Assembly: GCA_903870175.1 (NCBI GenBank)
Contig: CAIQBY010000409.1
Span: 1 to 52,137 of the forward strand
Reading direction: 5' to 3'
Origin: an uncultured Bacteroidota bacterium
GTDB taxonomy: Bacteria; Bacteroidota; Bacteroidia; 2-12-FULL-35-15
DNA length: 52,137 nucleotides
Position numbers and translations under genes: made by a program. Position 1 is the first letter of the stretch. Each line of letters opens with the position of its first letter. This document shows, one piece after another, positions 17,704 to 27,757 of this stretch. The notes under the pieces are model-generated. The model had not been told where the DNA came from. It searched no databases and saw only the letters and a program-made list of their open reading frames with translations.

Positions 17704-19712
17704 ATTATTTGCGTTTTTGGCGACCTAAATTTAAGAATTAATTTGAAACCCTTCTCAAGTTTCTCATCTATGTCAAATGAACCATTAATAATTTTAGCAC
17801 GTTCCTGCATAGAGAGTAAACCGATTCCCAAATGATTTTTCTTTACTTTCAAGCCGCTGCCATTGTCTTGATAAGTTAAAACAAAATCTCTGTTATTTTC
17901 TGTTATTGATATTTTTAATCCTGTTGCGCCGGAATGTTTTATCGTATTATTCGCACATTCCTGAATAATTCTGAAAAGATGGGTTTGAATTTGAATGGGT
18001 AAAAGCTGCACCTCTTCAGTAATTTCCGAACTGCATTCCATCTTTGTTGCGCCTTGAATACTTTCCATCAATGCTGCTACAGACCTATCCAGTCCAATCT
18101 TTTCAAGATATGTAGGATATAAATTTCTGGATATCTCACGGGTTTGTTCGATTACCTGTCCCAGTTGATTTTGCAATTCATCTGTAGATTCCGAATTTCT
18201 ATTCTTTTCATTAATAATTTTAGCTTTAATTACAGATAAAGATTGTCCGATTTCATCATGTATATCTCTGGAAATCCGCTGTCTTTCTTCTTCAATATTC
18301 TGGATAAGCTGTCTGCTAAACTGTCGCTGTTTCTCTTTTATTTTTTTGTTATAAACAGAATATGAAATAATAAAAATCAAAATGATTACACTAATGCCCG
18401 CAATTATACTAAACCATTTCAAATATCTTTCCTCCTGATTACTTTTTTCAAGCAATATTGATTTCTCCTTTTCCCGTTCGAGTTCAATTTCTTTCTTTTG
18501 TACCTTTTGATTTTGTTGAAGTTCTGTAATTGTTTTTGTATTCAAATTAGCATCCAAACTATCTTTTATTTTAATATGCAATTTAAATTCCTCCAAAGCC
18601 TCTTTGTAATTTTTAGTTTGAGTATAAATTTGATATTTCATTAAATGATACATTGAAAGAATCTGCCATTCATGAGTACTTTCGGCAATGCTTTTTACTT
18701 TTTCAAGTGTTTTTTCTGCTTCAGCAGTTTTCTTCAAATCTATATATATGCCTGCTTTTCCAAGATATGCATTAGCGAGTTCCCGATTCAAATTATTAGT
18801 TTGTATTACCGAAATTGCCGTATCAAGATAATCCAATGCTTTTTCTTTTCTATCTGTATCTGAAAAAGCAGAAGCCAGATTAATATAAATATCGGCTAAC
18901 TCCTGAGGAAAATTATTTTTTTTATAATACTCTATTACTTCTCTGAAAAGGGAATATGCTTTTTCCGGAGTTTTATCAAGAACATAAGCCAGACAAATAT
19001 TCATTTTTATATGAGTAGACAATCTTTTGTTATTTTCCTTATCTGACATAACCAAGCCTTTATGAAAGTCATCCAATGCTTCTTTAATTTGCCCCAAATC
19101 TAATTTTATCAACCCGAAATTGTTCCTGAAAACAGCTGAATAATAATTAAGATTATGAGCCTCTGAAATTGTGATTCCATTAAGGTAGGATTTCATTGCT
19201 TCTTTAGGCTGGTTGCCGTCTTTATAGATAATTCCCAACAAATTATATATTTCAGCCACGTTTTCAAAGTCTTGCTTTTCCTTCGAAATAACCAATAATT
19301 CAGATAATTCTTTTTCTGCAATGTCAAAGTTACCTTTTTCAGATTCAAAATATGATAATCTTATTTGAGAAAGTCCTTCGATATGATCATTCTTCCATTT
19401 TTTTGCTTCTTCCAATGCCTGCTGATAATACTTCTTTGACCTTTCGAGGTTACGTATATAGAAAAAATAATTTCCATAATATAAATGCACCTCAGCTATT
19501 GCGCCTTCTGCCGACAACTTCTTTGCCTGTTCAATTGTCAATTGCCCTGTTCTACAAAGTTTAGCTGAATCGTAATAAGACGCTTCCTTTACAATATTCA
19601 TCAAAGAATCAATTGTTTTATTATACCCCGCAAAAGAGTTGAATCCAATTAATAATAAAACTAATATGGTAATGCCTTTTTTGAACATTCTTGAGTGATT
19701 GTAATTATTCAT
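17700..19712 (-). CDS. TPR-repeat sensor histidine kinase (HisKA_3 type)
   Basis: 670 aa. Signal/TM segment, about 8 TPR-like repeats, one TM (FSIIAGISVIILIFIISYSVY), H-box RDIHDEIGQSLS and a C-terminal HATPase (DNGSGL, GIGLLSMQERA). Confidence 0.9.
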   Translation of the reverse strand: MNNYNHSRMFKKGITILVLLLIGFNSFAGYNKTIDSLMNIVKEASYYDSAKLCRTGQLTIEQAKKLSAEGAIAEVHLYYGNYFFYIRNLERSKKYYQQALEEAKKWKNDHIEGLSQIRLSYFESEKGNFDIAEKELSELLVISKEKQDFENVAEIYNLLGIIYKDGNQPKEAMKSYLNGITISEAHNLNYYSAVFRNNFGLIKLDLGQIKEALDDFHKGLVMSDKENNKRLSTHIKMNICLAYVLDKTPEKAYSLFREVIEYYKKNNFPQELADIYINLASAFSDTDRKEKALDYLDTAISVIQTNNLNRELANAYLGKAGIYIDLKKTAEAEKTLEKVKSIAESTHEWQILSMYHLMKYQIYTQTKNYKEALEEFKLHIKIKDSLDANLNTKTITELQQNQKVQKKEIELEREKEKSILLEKSNQEERYLKWFSIIAGISVIILIFIISYSVYNKKIKEKQRQFSRQLIQNIEEERQRISRDIHDEIGQSLSVIKAKIINEKNRNSESTDELQNQLGQVIEQTREISRNLYPTYLEKIGLDRSVAALMESIQGATKMECSSEITEEVQLLPIQIQTHLFRIIQECANNTIKHSGATGLKISITENNRDFVLTYQDNGSGLKVKKNHLGIGLLSMQERAKIINGSFDIDEKLEKGFKLILKFRSPKTQII

Positions 19713-19727
19713 CTATAAATATCGTTT

Positions 19728-19735
19728 CAAATTTA
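19728..19735 (-). promoter_or_regulatory. Candidate -7 promoter box (TAAATTTG on minus strand)
   Basis: Plus-strand CAAATTTA lies 16 nt upstream of the kinase start at 19712. Motif match only. Confidence 0.3.
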
Positions 19736-19850
19736 CATTTAATTCAATTATAATCTGAATAACTTTGCTTTTTGATAAATAGTATTGCAAAAACCTGGAG
19801 AAAAATAAGTTTAGTGATGAGAAATTCTCTACTTTCAAAATTAAATGACC

Positions 19851-22800
19851 CTAACGAATAAGAGAAATATTTCCCTTCTTGGCAACGGTATTTTTATTTT
19901 CGAGAGTGGCAGTTATATAATAAACGAATACCGCAGGATCCAATTGTTTTCCTTTGTATGTTCCATCCCAACAAAATTCAGGATCAGTAGATTGAAATAC
20001 CTTTTCTCCCCATCTATCGAATATAAATATTGTAAATTCAGAAATGCAATAGTTCCATCCTTGTAAACAAAATTCATCGTTATATCCATCGCCATTTGGA
20101 GAAAATGCATTAGGAACCTGTAAATCTTTATCGGTCGGACAGGGTATCTCCACAAGCACCTTCGCACATGCCGTATCAGTGCAATTATTAGTATCCTTCA
20201 CAGTAACGCAATACAAGGTAGTTAAAGTTGGCGATACAATTATAGAATCTGAAGTTGCACCATTACTCCAAAGATAACTTCCACCGCCACCTGCAAAAAT
20301 TGTAGCAGAACCACCTAAGATTATTACACTATTTGGTCCTGCAACAGCAGTAGGCCCTCCGCTTGCACTCACTAAAACTGTTGCAGAGTTAGTGCACCCA
20401 TTTGATGGATCGGTAACGGTTATTGTATAAGTCCCTGCTGCACTAACTGTTGGTGAAGATGTAGTGCCTCCGGAAACAATTCCCGCACCAGTCCAGTGAT
20501 ATGTAACTCCAACAGTTGTTGAAGTAGCGCTGATGTTTCCTGTTTGGTTATTGCAACTAATTGAAGCGGGTGCACCTGGTGTAACGTTTGGAGGAGTATT
20601 GTTATTTGTTACAATAACTGTTGCCGTATTTGTACATAAACTAACAGGATCAGTAACGGTTACTGTATATGTTCCTGCAGCATTTACCAAAGGAGTTGTT
20701 GTAGTTCCACCGGAAATAATTCCTGAACCTGCCCAACTGTAAGTTACTCCTGCTGTGGTTGAACTTGCACTTATAGTTCCACTTGTTATTGTACAATTTA
20801 ATGATAATGCTGCACCACCAGTAACTGCAGGTATGGAATTGTTGCTTGATACATTTACTGATGCTGTACTTACACACCCGTTACCAGGGTCAGTAACTGT
20901 AACTGTATATGTTCCAATTGCATTAACTGTTGCAGCAGATGTTGCTCCTCCTGCTGTAATCCCTGCACCTGCCCAGTTATAAGTAACTCCAGCAGTTGTA
21001 GAACTGGCACTTATAGTTCCACTTGTAGAAGTACAAGTTAATATCAAAGGTACACCTGAAGTTACATTCGGAGGATTGTTATTGTTTGTTACATTCACAG
21101 TAGTTGAATTAAGACAGCCTGTATTGGGGTCTGTAACAGTTACTGTATATGTTCCTGCCGCATTCACTGTTGCCGTTGATGTACTTCCACCTGCTGTAAT
21201 ACTCCCTCCTGCCCAGCTATATGTTACTCCTGCGGTTGTAGCACTGGCACTAATTGTTCCGCTGATTACGGTACAGTTCAAAGCCAATGCCGCACCGGCA
21301 GTAACATTTGGAACAGCACCAGTATTGGTGACAACTACTGTAGCAGTATTTGTACAGCTTGTACTTGGGTCGGTTACAGTTACGGTATATGTTCCTGCAG
21401 TATTTACGGTAGCTGTTGAGGTAGTTCCTCCTGCTGTAACATTTGGTCCGGTCCAGTTGTATGTAGCTCCGGCAGTTGTTGAATTTGCAGTAATGTTTCC
21501 ACTTGTAGTTGTACAATTCAATGCTAATGGCGGACCTCCGGTTACGTTTGGCTGAGTTCCCGAATTAGTAACACTTACTGTTGCTGTATTAGTGCATCCA
21601 TTACTTGGGTCTGTTACAGTTACTGTATATGTGCCTATTGCATTTACGGTAGCAGTTGAAGTAGTTCCTCCAGAAGTAATCCCTGCTCCCACCCAGCTAT
21701 AGGTTACCCCGGCAGTAGTTGAACTTGCCGAAATATTTCCGCTTGCAGTGGCACAATTCAAAACTAATGGAGCACCTGCTGTAACATTTGGCAAAGTGCC
21801 AGAGTTAGTAACATTTACTGTTGCACTATTAGTACAACCATTGCTTGGGTCGGTGACAGTTACCGTATAAGTACCGGCTGTATTTACTGTTGCAGTTGAA
21901 GTAGTTCCGCCTGCAGTGATACCAGCTCCTGACCAACTATATGTTACTCCAGCAGTTGTTGAACTTGCTGAAATATTTCCACTTGTAGTTATACAATTCA
22001 ACGCCAATGGCGCACCTGCAGTAACGTTCGGTAAAGCTCCGGAATTAGTTACATTGACAGTAGCTGTATTAGTGCATCCGTTAGCTGGATTCGTTACTGT
22101 TACAGTATATACTCCAACAGCATTTACTGTAGCCGCTGATGTATTACCACCAGATGTAATACCTGGTCCTGCCCAACTATATGTTACACCTGCAGTTGTT
22201 GAACTTGCAGAAACATTTCCGCTTGTTGTTGTACAATTCAACACCAATGGCGCACCTGCGGTAACATTCGGCAAAGCTCCTGAATTAGTTACACTGACTG
22301 TAGCTGTATTAGTGCATCCGTTAGCAGGATTGGTAACAGTTACTGTATATGTTCCTACAGCATTAACTGTTGCCGTAGAAGTAGTTCCACCAGCAATAAT
22401 TCCTGATCCTGCCCAACTATAGGTTACACCAGCCGTTGTAGAACTTGCTGTGATGTTCCCACTTGTCGTTACACAATTCAGCACTAAAGGCGCACCTGCA
22501 GTAACATTCGGCAAAGCACCTGTATTAACAACATTAGCAATTGCTGTACTGCTGCATCCTGTAGCACTTACGGTAACGGTATAACTTCCCACAGCATTTA
22601 CTGTGGCAGTTGATGTATTGCCACCCGATACTATGCCTGTACCTGCCCAACTATAAGTAACTCCTGTTGTTACAGTTGATGCGCTAACTGTTGCCGTAGT
22701 TTGGGTACAAGTTAATGAAGTTGAAGAAGTAGTAACTACAGGGCCTGCACTCGTCAATAAAACCGTATCAACATAAGGAGTACAAGTACCTGCAGGAGTA

Positions 22801-24881
22801 ATGCTTACTGTATAAGTTCCGGCACATAAGCCAGTAGCTGTTGAAGTAGTGGAACCATTGCTCCACAAATAAGTTGCTCCTACAGAATCAACTACACCGC
22901 ACTCTGTAACATAAGCCTTTGCACTTCCATTACAGGCACCGCAAGTAGGTTGTACTTTTATTTTCGTCAATGTTACTGATGGAACTGCGATTGTAAAACT
23001 CGAAACAAATCCTTGACCGGAAGCATACAACATCTGATAATTCTTCCCGAGTTTTAAATCATAAATTGTATTACTTACTGCTATTGTACTTGTCGGATTA
23101 CTTCCTGCAGCAAGCGTTGCGCCATTGTAAACACCAATCAAATGATTATGCCCTACATATAATACGTCGCAAACATCAACATCCAATCCTCCCCAGCTTT
23201 GCATTGTTGAAGCAACATTTGGCCTGTGAATCTGCAAAGCGCCACTATTCTTATTGTATTTAAACAAATCGGCACCATCAAAAAGATACAATGCTGTTTT
23301 AGAAGCAACCATACCATTAAAGCCATTCGCAGGCACAGCACTCCATGTCATATAAATTAAATCTGAACATGCTTCCGGCATAAAAGTATTTGCACTGTTA
23401 TTAAAATTAAATGTAGATGCAGTAAGTGCAGGAATATTCAGTTTAAGCAATCTGTCATCATAATTTACATTGTTATTACAACACGAGTTTGTAGAACCCA
23501 TATAACAGGTTGTGCCTGTTGGATCTATTGCCAGAAGCCACATATCGTGATATGGAAGATTGGCATTTAAGACATTTTTAGGAACGAAACCTCCTGCCGC
23601 CATAGTAGTATCCACTATGCATCCCTGATTGGTGGCACTAGTGCCACCGCCAGCGATTACCAATTGATGAGTGCAATTACTAAACGACATCCTGTCCATT
23701 TCTTCAAAATTCGTATTACCTGGAAATGTTCCTACCAGCATACCCGCATTATTAACCTTTATACACCTCGCACCTACTGGAGCAGAATTATATCCATCAA
23801 CCATATAACTTGTTCCCGTTGTGTGGTCAACAGCCAAATCTCCCCATTGCGCTGAAGGATCAGTATTAATAGTAGTTGCGTTAAACCGCCATTGTATCAC
23901 ACCTGCACTGTTAAACTTTACAAGCTGCGCCGGTCCCCATGCTCCATACGTATATACATTTCCCTGATTATCATAATCAACTTCGTAAGCCGAATTGTAA
24001 CCTCCTGTAAATACAGGGTTGGTTGTCCAAGGGTCAATTATAATTGTATTATCCTTATTATAATTTCCTTTGATTAAAAATGATTCTGTATTGTTTTTTA
24101 TTGAATAACCTATCTGCATTTTATTTCCTTTGTCATTATTGCAAACCGGCGCATGATCAGTAAATTCACCCATTTCGGTTTTTACTATTATATCTCCATC
24201 AGCATTAATAGTCATTCCTTCTGCATCCTTATATTTCAATTTTACTTTCGATATATCACCGCCACTTCTCACTATCACATTGTATTTTATACCTTCTTTG
24301 CTTTCAGGGAAAATATATTCCACATCAATATTATCGTACAAATTTTTATAGATGATTTTACGATACACATTCACCCTTATCGTTTTATCCCTGCCCAAAG
24401 GATAAGTATAATAATACTTCTCGACACCTTCTGCAACTATTGTTACATCAGCATTTGCACCTTCCCAAATTAAATTTGCATACTGCGTTTCGTGCTCTTC
24501 ATCTTCCTCTTTTCCTTTATTCCTCTCGTGCTCTTCCCGTTCTCTTTTATCTTTTGGCTGAGGCAAATCGAGATAACTATATGTTACTCCTTTCTTTGTA
24601 AAATAGGCATTTGCTTTACCAAGTTTTGCTGAATAATAAATTTCGTCCTTACTTTTTATTGCGCCATCAAACTCACCTTTATTCTCAATAAAAAGTTGGA
24701 AATCGAAAGGTTTTGTTTCCCAGTTAAGTTTATAATCTTTGTTGGATTGCGGTGGCTCCTGCTTATTATTATCAGCTGTTACGGAATTATTTATCAGGGA
24801 AGTTTGGGAAAAGGAAACGCCTGTTGCACAAAATGCTGTGAAAAAACAAATGAACAATTTGAAACGTGTATTATTATTCAT
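19851..24881 (-). CDS. Giant T9SS-secreted adhesin-like protein with a type-B (gliding-motility-associated) C-terminal sorting domain
   Basis: 1676 aa. Signal peptide MNNNTRFKLFICFFTAFCATGVSFSQ, then a ~620-aa N-terminal region, an SprB-like CxxCNGSA motif and ten 80-aa Ig-like repeats. The C-terminus VPNAFSPNGDGYNDEF...DRWGEKVF is typical of the type-B CTD. Confidence 0.9.
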   Translation of the reverse strand: MNNNTRFKLFICFFTAFCATGVSFSQTSLINNSVTADNNKQEPPQSNKDYKLNWETKPFDFQLFIENKGEFDGAIKSKDEIYYSAKLGKANAYFTKKGVTYSYLDLPQPKDKREREEHERNKGKEEDEEHETQYANLIWEGANADVTIVAEGVEKYYYTYPLGRDKTIRVNVYRKIIYKNLYDNIDVEYIFPESKEGIKYNVIVRSGGDISKVKLKYKDAEGMTINADGDIIVKTEMGEFTDHAPVCNNDKGNKMQIGYSIKNNTESFLIKGNYNKDNTIIIDPWTTNPVFTGGYNSAYEVDYDNQGNVYTYGAWGPAQLVKFNSAGVIQWRFNATTINTDPSAQWGDLAVDHTTGTSYMVDGYNSAPVGARCIKVNNAGMLVGTFPGNTNFEEMDRMSFSNCTHQLVIAGGGTSATNQGCIVDTTMAAGGFVPKNVLNANLPYHDMWLLAIDPTGTTCYMGSTNSCCNNNVNYDDRLLKLNIPALTASTFNFNNSANTFMPEACSDLIYMTWSAVPANGFNGMVASKTALYLFDGADLFKYNKNSGALQIHRPNVASTMQSWGGLDVDVCDVLYVGHNHLIGVYNGATLAAGSNPTSTIAVSNTIYDLKLGKNYQMLYASGQGFVSSFTIAVPSVTLTKIKVQPTCGACNGSAKAYVTECGVVDSVGATYLWSNGSTTSTATGLCAGTYTVSITPAGTCTPYVDTVLLTSAGPVVTTSSTSLTCTQTTATVSASTVTTGVTYSWAGTGIVSGGNTSTATVNAVGSYTVTVSATGCSSTAIANVVNTGALPNVTAGAPLVLNCVTTSGNITASSTTAGVTYSWAGSGIIAGGTTSTATVNAVGTYTVTVTNPANGCTNTATVSVTNSGALPNVTAGAPLVLNCTTTSGNVSASSTTAGVTYSWAGPGITSGGNTSAATVNAVGVYTVTVTNPANGCTNTATVNVTNSGALPNVTAGAPLALNCITTSGNISASSTTAGVTYSWSGAGITAGGTTSTATVNTAGTYTVTVTDPSNGCTNSATVNVTNSGTLPNVTAGAPLVLNCATASGNISASSTTAGVTYSWVGAGITSGGTTSTATVNAIGTYTVTVTDPSNGCTNTATVSVTNSGTQPNVTGGPPLALNCTTTSGNITANSTTAGATYNWTGPNVTAGGTTSTATVNTAGTYTVTVTDPSTSCTNTATVVVTNTGAVPNVTAGAALALNCTVISGTISASATTAGVTYSWAGGSITAGGSTSTATVNAAGTYTVTVTDPNTGCLNSTTVNVTNNNNPPNVTSGVPLILTCTSTSGTISASSTTAGVTYNWAGAGITAGGATSAATVNAIGTYTVTVTDPGNGCVSTASVNVSSNNSIPAVTGGAALSLNCTITSGTISASSTTAGVTYSWAGSGIISGGTTTTPLVNAAGTYTVTVTDPVSLCTNTATVIVTNNNTPPNVTPGAPASISCNNQTGNISATSTTVGVTYHWTGAGIVSGGTTSSPTVSAAGTYTITVTDPSNGCTNSATVLVSASGGPTAVAGPNSVIILGGSATIFAGGGGSYLWSNGATSDSIIVSPTLTTLYCVTVKDTNNCTDTACAKVLVEIPCPTDKDLQVPNAFSPNGDGYNDEFCLQGWNYCISEFTIFIFDRWGEKVFQSTDPEFCWDGTYKGKQLDPAVFVYYITATLENKNTVAKKGNISLIR
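20370..22745 (-). repeat. Ten in-frame 240-bp tandem repeats inside the adhesin gene
   Basis: The motif GG(G/A)TC.GT.AC.GT recurs at 20401, 20641, 20881, 21121, 21361, 21601, 21841, 22081, 22321 and 22561, exactly 240 nt apart. Each unit encodes ...LNC.TTSGNISASSTTAGVTYSWAG.GI..GGTTSTATVNA.GTYTVTVT.P.NGCTN.ATV.VTN... Confidence 0.95.
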
Positions 24882-25146
24882 TCACTTTAATGTATTAAAC
24901 ATTGTTTTTATTTTAAGGAGTGTTTATAAATGGTTTAGGGGGTTTGTAATTAATTAACAAAATTAGATTTTGTTTTCTTTATTTGCAAGAAGGCTGCCCC
25001 CATATATTTATTTCCACTCAAATAATAAATATATACCTCAAAATTACTATTTAGTTTTGATAACTTGCAAATTATTTATTCTTTCTATTATCAATTAATG
25101 ATTCCAATAAAAACACAAATGTTTTTCATTACTTCTTAAAGAGTTC

Positions 25147-25154
25147 TAACTTTG
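25147..25154 (+). promoter_or_regulatory. Candidate -7 promoter box (TAACTTTG)
   Basis: TAnnTTTG match 44 nt upstream of the ATG at 25199. Confidence 0.35.
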
Positions 25155-25198
25155 CCAACTTTCTTAAACGTATTAAAACAATAAATAACATTTTATAA

Positions 25199-27112
25199 AT
25201 GAAAAAATTAATTCTCGCAATCACTGTTGTTGCTTTTACTTTATCAGTAACAGCACAAAAGGTAATGACGCCCGAAATGCTGCTGCAGCTTGGCAAAGTA
25301 AATCCTTTGGGGATAACTAAAGATGGTAAATCTATAATCTATAGTGTGAAAACTTATAGCATTGCGGATAATAAAAGTACAACTAAAAAATATATTATTC
25401 CTATTGCAGGCGGCGCAGCCACTCCAATTGATAATACTGATGCGCTATTGCCGAACAATAGAATATCTCCTGACGGCAAACACAGCATCAGCAGTAATGA
25501 TATAAAAATCAAGAATGTTTATGGCAAGGATTTTTATCCTGACTGCAAAAATTCGGATGTAATGATTTATGACAATCTTATGTATCGCCATTGGGATACT
25601 TGGGAAGATGGTGCTTTCGGGCATGTGTTTTTAAATACTATTAAAGATGGCAAAACAATCGACAGCACAGATATTATGCCGAATGAACCTTTTGATTGTC
25701 CTACAAAACCATTTGGCGGTGATGAAGATTTCATCTGGAATCCTGATGGGAAACAAATAATATATGTTACCAAAAAGAAATATGGCAGAGACTATGCAGT
25801 AAGCACCAACACTGATATTTATGCTTACAATATCGAAACGAAAAAGACCGTAAATCTCACTGATGGAATGATGGGCTATGATATGAAACCTGCTTATTCG
25901 TCAACAGGAACAATTGCTTTCCTGAGTATGAAAACGGATGGAAATGAAGCAGACAAAAACGATATAGTGGTTGATAATGGTTCATCAAAATTTAATTTAA
26001 CCCGTGCATGGGACGGCACTGTAGAGGATTTCAGATGGAGTACCGATGGAAATAACATTTATTTTATTGCTCCAATTGATGGAACTATTCAATTGTTTGT
26101 GGTTGATTATCCGAGTATGACCAAGAAAATGCCGCAGGTAAAACAAATAACAACCGGGGATTTTGATGTTCATGGAATTGTGGGACAAACAGGAAACACA
26201 ATGATTGTAGAACGTACCGATATGAATCATGCCAATGAAATTTACAGTGTCGATTTAATTTCCGGTGCTATGATACAACTTACACATGTAAATGACGCGA
26301 CATATAATTCCATCTCTCTTGGCAAGATAGCTAAGCGAATGATTACTACTACCGATAATTTGCAAATGCTGGTTTGGGTGGTGTATCCGCCTAACTTTGA
26401 TGCAACAAAAAAGTACCCTACTCTACTTTATTGTCAAGGCGGACCGCAATCTGCGTTGACACAGTTTTATTCTTTCCGATGGAATTTCCAATTGATGGCA
26501 GCCAATGGATATATCATTGTAGCGCCCAACAGAAGAGGAATGCCGGGGCATGGTGTAAAATGGAATGAAGAAATCAGCAAGGATTATGGTGGGCAAAACA
26601 TACAGGATTATTTATCGGCAATTGATAATGTATCCAAGGAATCGTATGTTGATAAAAACCGTTTGGGCTGTGTTGGTGCATCATACGGAGGTTACTCTGT
26701 TTACTTTCTGGCAGGCATGCACAACAAACGTTTCAAAACATTTATTGCACACGATGGGATATTCGACTGGCGCACGATGTATGGAACTACCGAAGAAATG
26801 TGGTTTGTAAATAATGATATCGGCGGACCGTATTGGGATAAAGATAATGCTGCGGCGCAAAAATCATATTCACAATTCAACCCAGTTAACTTTGTAAAAA
26901 ACTGGGATACTCCAATTATGATTATTCAGGGAGGAAAAGATTACCGCGTACCTGTAGAGCAGGGATTGAGTGCGTTTCAGGCAGCACAGCTGCAGGGAAT
27001 AAAAAGCAAATTGATCTATTTGCCGAACGAAAACCATTGGGTATTGCAACCGCAAAACTCATTGGTATGGCAACGCGAATTTTACAAATGGCTTGGTGAG
27101 ACGTTGAAATAA
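25199..27112 (+). CDS. S9-family serine peptidase (prolyl oligopeptidase/dipeptidyl-peptidase type), secreted
   Basis: 637 aa. Signal peptide, an N-terminal beta-propeller-like half, nucleophile elbow GASYGGYS, then GGKDYRVP and NENHWV (Asp/His of the triad). Confidence 0.88.
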   Translation: MKKLILAITVVAFTLSVTAQKVMTPEMLLQLGKVNPLGITKDGKSIIYSVKTYSIADNKSTTKKYIIPIAGGAATPIDNTDALLPNNRISPDGKHSISSNDIKIKNVYGKDFYPDCKNSDVMIYDNLMYRHWDTWEDGAFGHVFLNTIKDGKTIDSTDIMPNEPFDCPTKPFGGDEDFIWNPDGKQIIYVTKKKYGRDYAVSTNTDIYAYNIETKKTVNLTDGMMGYDMKPAYSSTGTIAFLSMKTDGNEADKNDIVVDNGSSKFNLTRAWDGTVEDFRWSTDGNNIYFIAPIDGTIQLFVVDYPSMTKKMPQVKQITTGDFDVHGIVGQTGNTMIVERTDMNHANEIYSVDLISGAMIQLTHVNDATYNSISLGKIAKRMITTTDNLQMLVWVVYPPNFDATKKYPTLLYCQGGPQSALTQFYSFRWNFQLMAANGYIIVAPNRRGMPGHGVKWNEEISKDYGGQNIQDYLSAIDNVSKESYVDKNRLGCVGASYGGYSVYFLAGMHNKRFKTFIAHDGIFDWRTMYGTTEEMWFVNNDIGGPYWDKDNAAAQKSYSQFNPVNFVKNWDTPIMIIQGGKDYRVPVEQGLSAFQAAQLQGIKSKLIYLPNENHWVLQPQNSLVWQREFYKWLGETLK

Positions 27113-27126
27113 ATATAACTAACTTT

Positions 27127-27206
27127 GTTCGTCATTGCGAGGATTTCTCATCAGAAGCAATCTAAATAATTATTGAGATTGCGTCGCTGCGCTCGCAATG
27201 ACGAAC
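27127..27206 (+). terminator. Nested hairpin / REP-like element downstream of the peptidase gene
   Basis: A perfect 15-bp inverted repeat GTTCGTCATTGCGAG (27127..27141) / CTCGCAATGACGAAC (27192..27206) encloses an inner GCAATCT/AGATTGC stem. A T-run follows. Confidence 0.5.
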
Positions 27207-27227
27207 TTTTTAACTTTAAACTAAATT

Positions 27228-27755
27228 ATGGCAGAAGACAAAAAAGAAAAATGGGTAACGTATTTATCCTTCACTACAGTAATAATTGCAGTATGTGCTA
27301 CACTATCCACTTTTAAAGGCGGAGGATACAGTACTAAATCTTTATTGAACCAAAGTCTTGCTTCGGATCAGTGGAACTTATATGAAGCGAAAAGCATTAA
27401 GTCATACATTTATGAAATGCAAAAGGATAATTTGGAATTACAATTGAGTAATGCTTCATTGACAGCTAATAAAGATACTTTGCAAAAACATATGGATTAC
27501 TATACAGGCAAAATAAAAAAGTACGCTGCGGATAAAGACGAAATAAAAAAGAAGGCGGAAGGACTGGAAGCAACCAGAGATGAGTGTAAAAGCCATTCCG
27601 AACGATTTGGACTGGCAGTTATCTTTTTGCAAATCTCTATTTTACTTTCTTCCATATCTGCTCTTACCAAAAAGAAAATGCTTTGGATGTTCAGTATGGC
27701 AATTGGTGTTGTAGGTATCGTTTATTTTATTAATGGATTCTTAGTCTTCTTTTAA
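27228..27755 (+). CDS. DUF4337-like small membrane protein
   Basis: 175 aa. N-terminal TM, SDQWNLYEAKSIKS motif, central helical region and two C-terminal TM helices. Confidence 0.6.
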   Translation: MAEDKKEKWVTYLSFTTVIIAVCATLSTFKGGGYSTKSLLNQSLASDQWNLYEAKSIKSYIYEMQKDNLELQLSNASLTANKDTLQKHMDYYTGKIKKYAADKDEIKKKAEGLEATRDECKSHSERFGLAVIFLQISILLSSISALTKKKMLWMFSMAIGVVGIVYFINGFLVFF

Positions 27756-27757
27756 CC

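Noticed and set aside
20533-22422. Several 69-168-aa plus-strand ORFs inside the adhesin gene
   Set aside because: They are mirror-strand ORFs with the same 240-nt periodicity as the adhesin repeats. They are explained by the biased Thr/Gly/Ala/Val codon composition of the real minus-strand gene.
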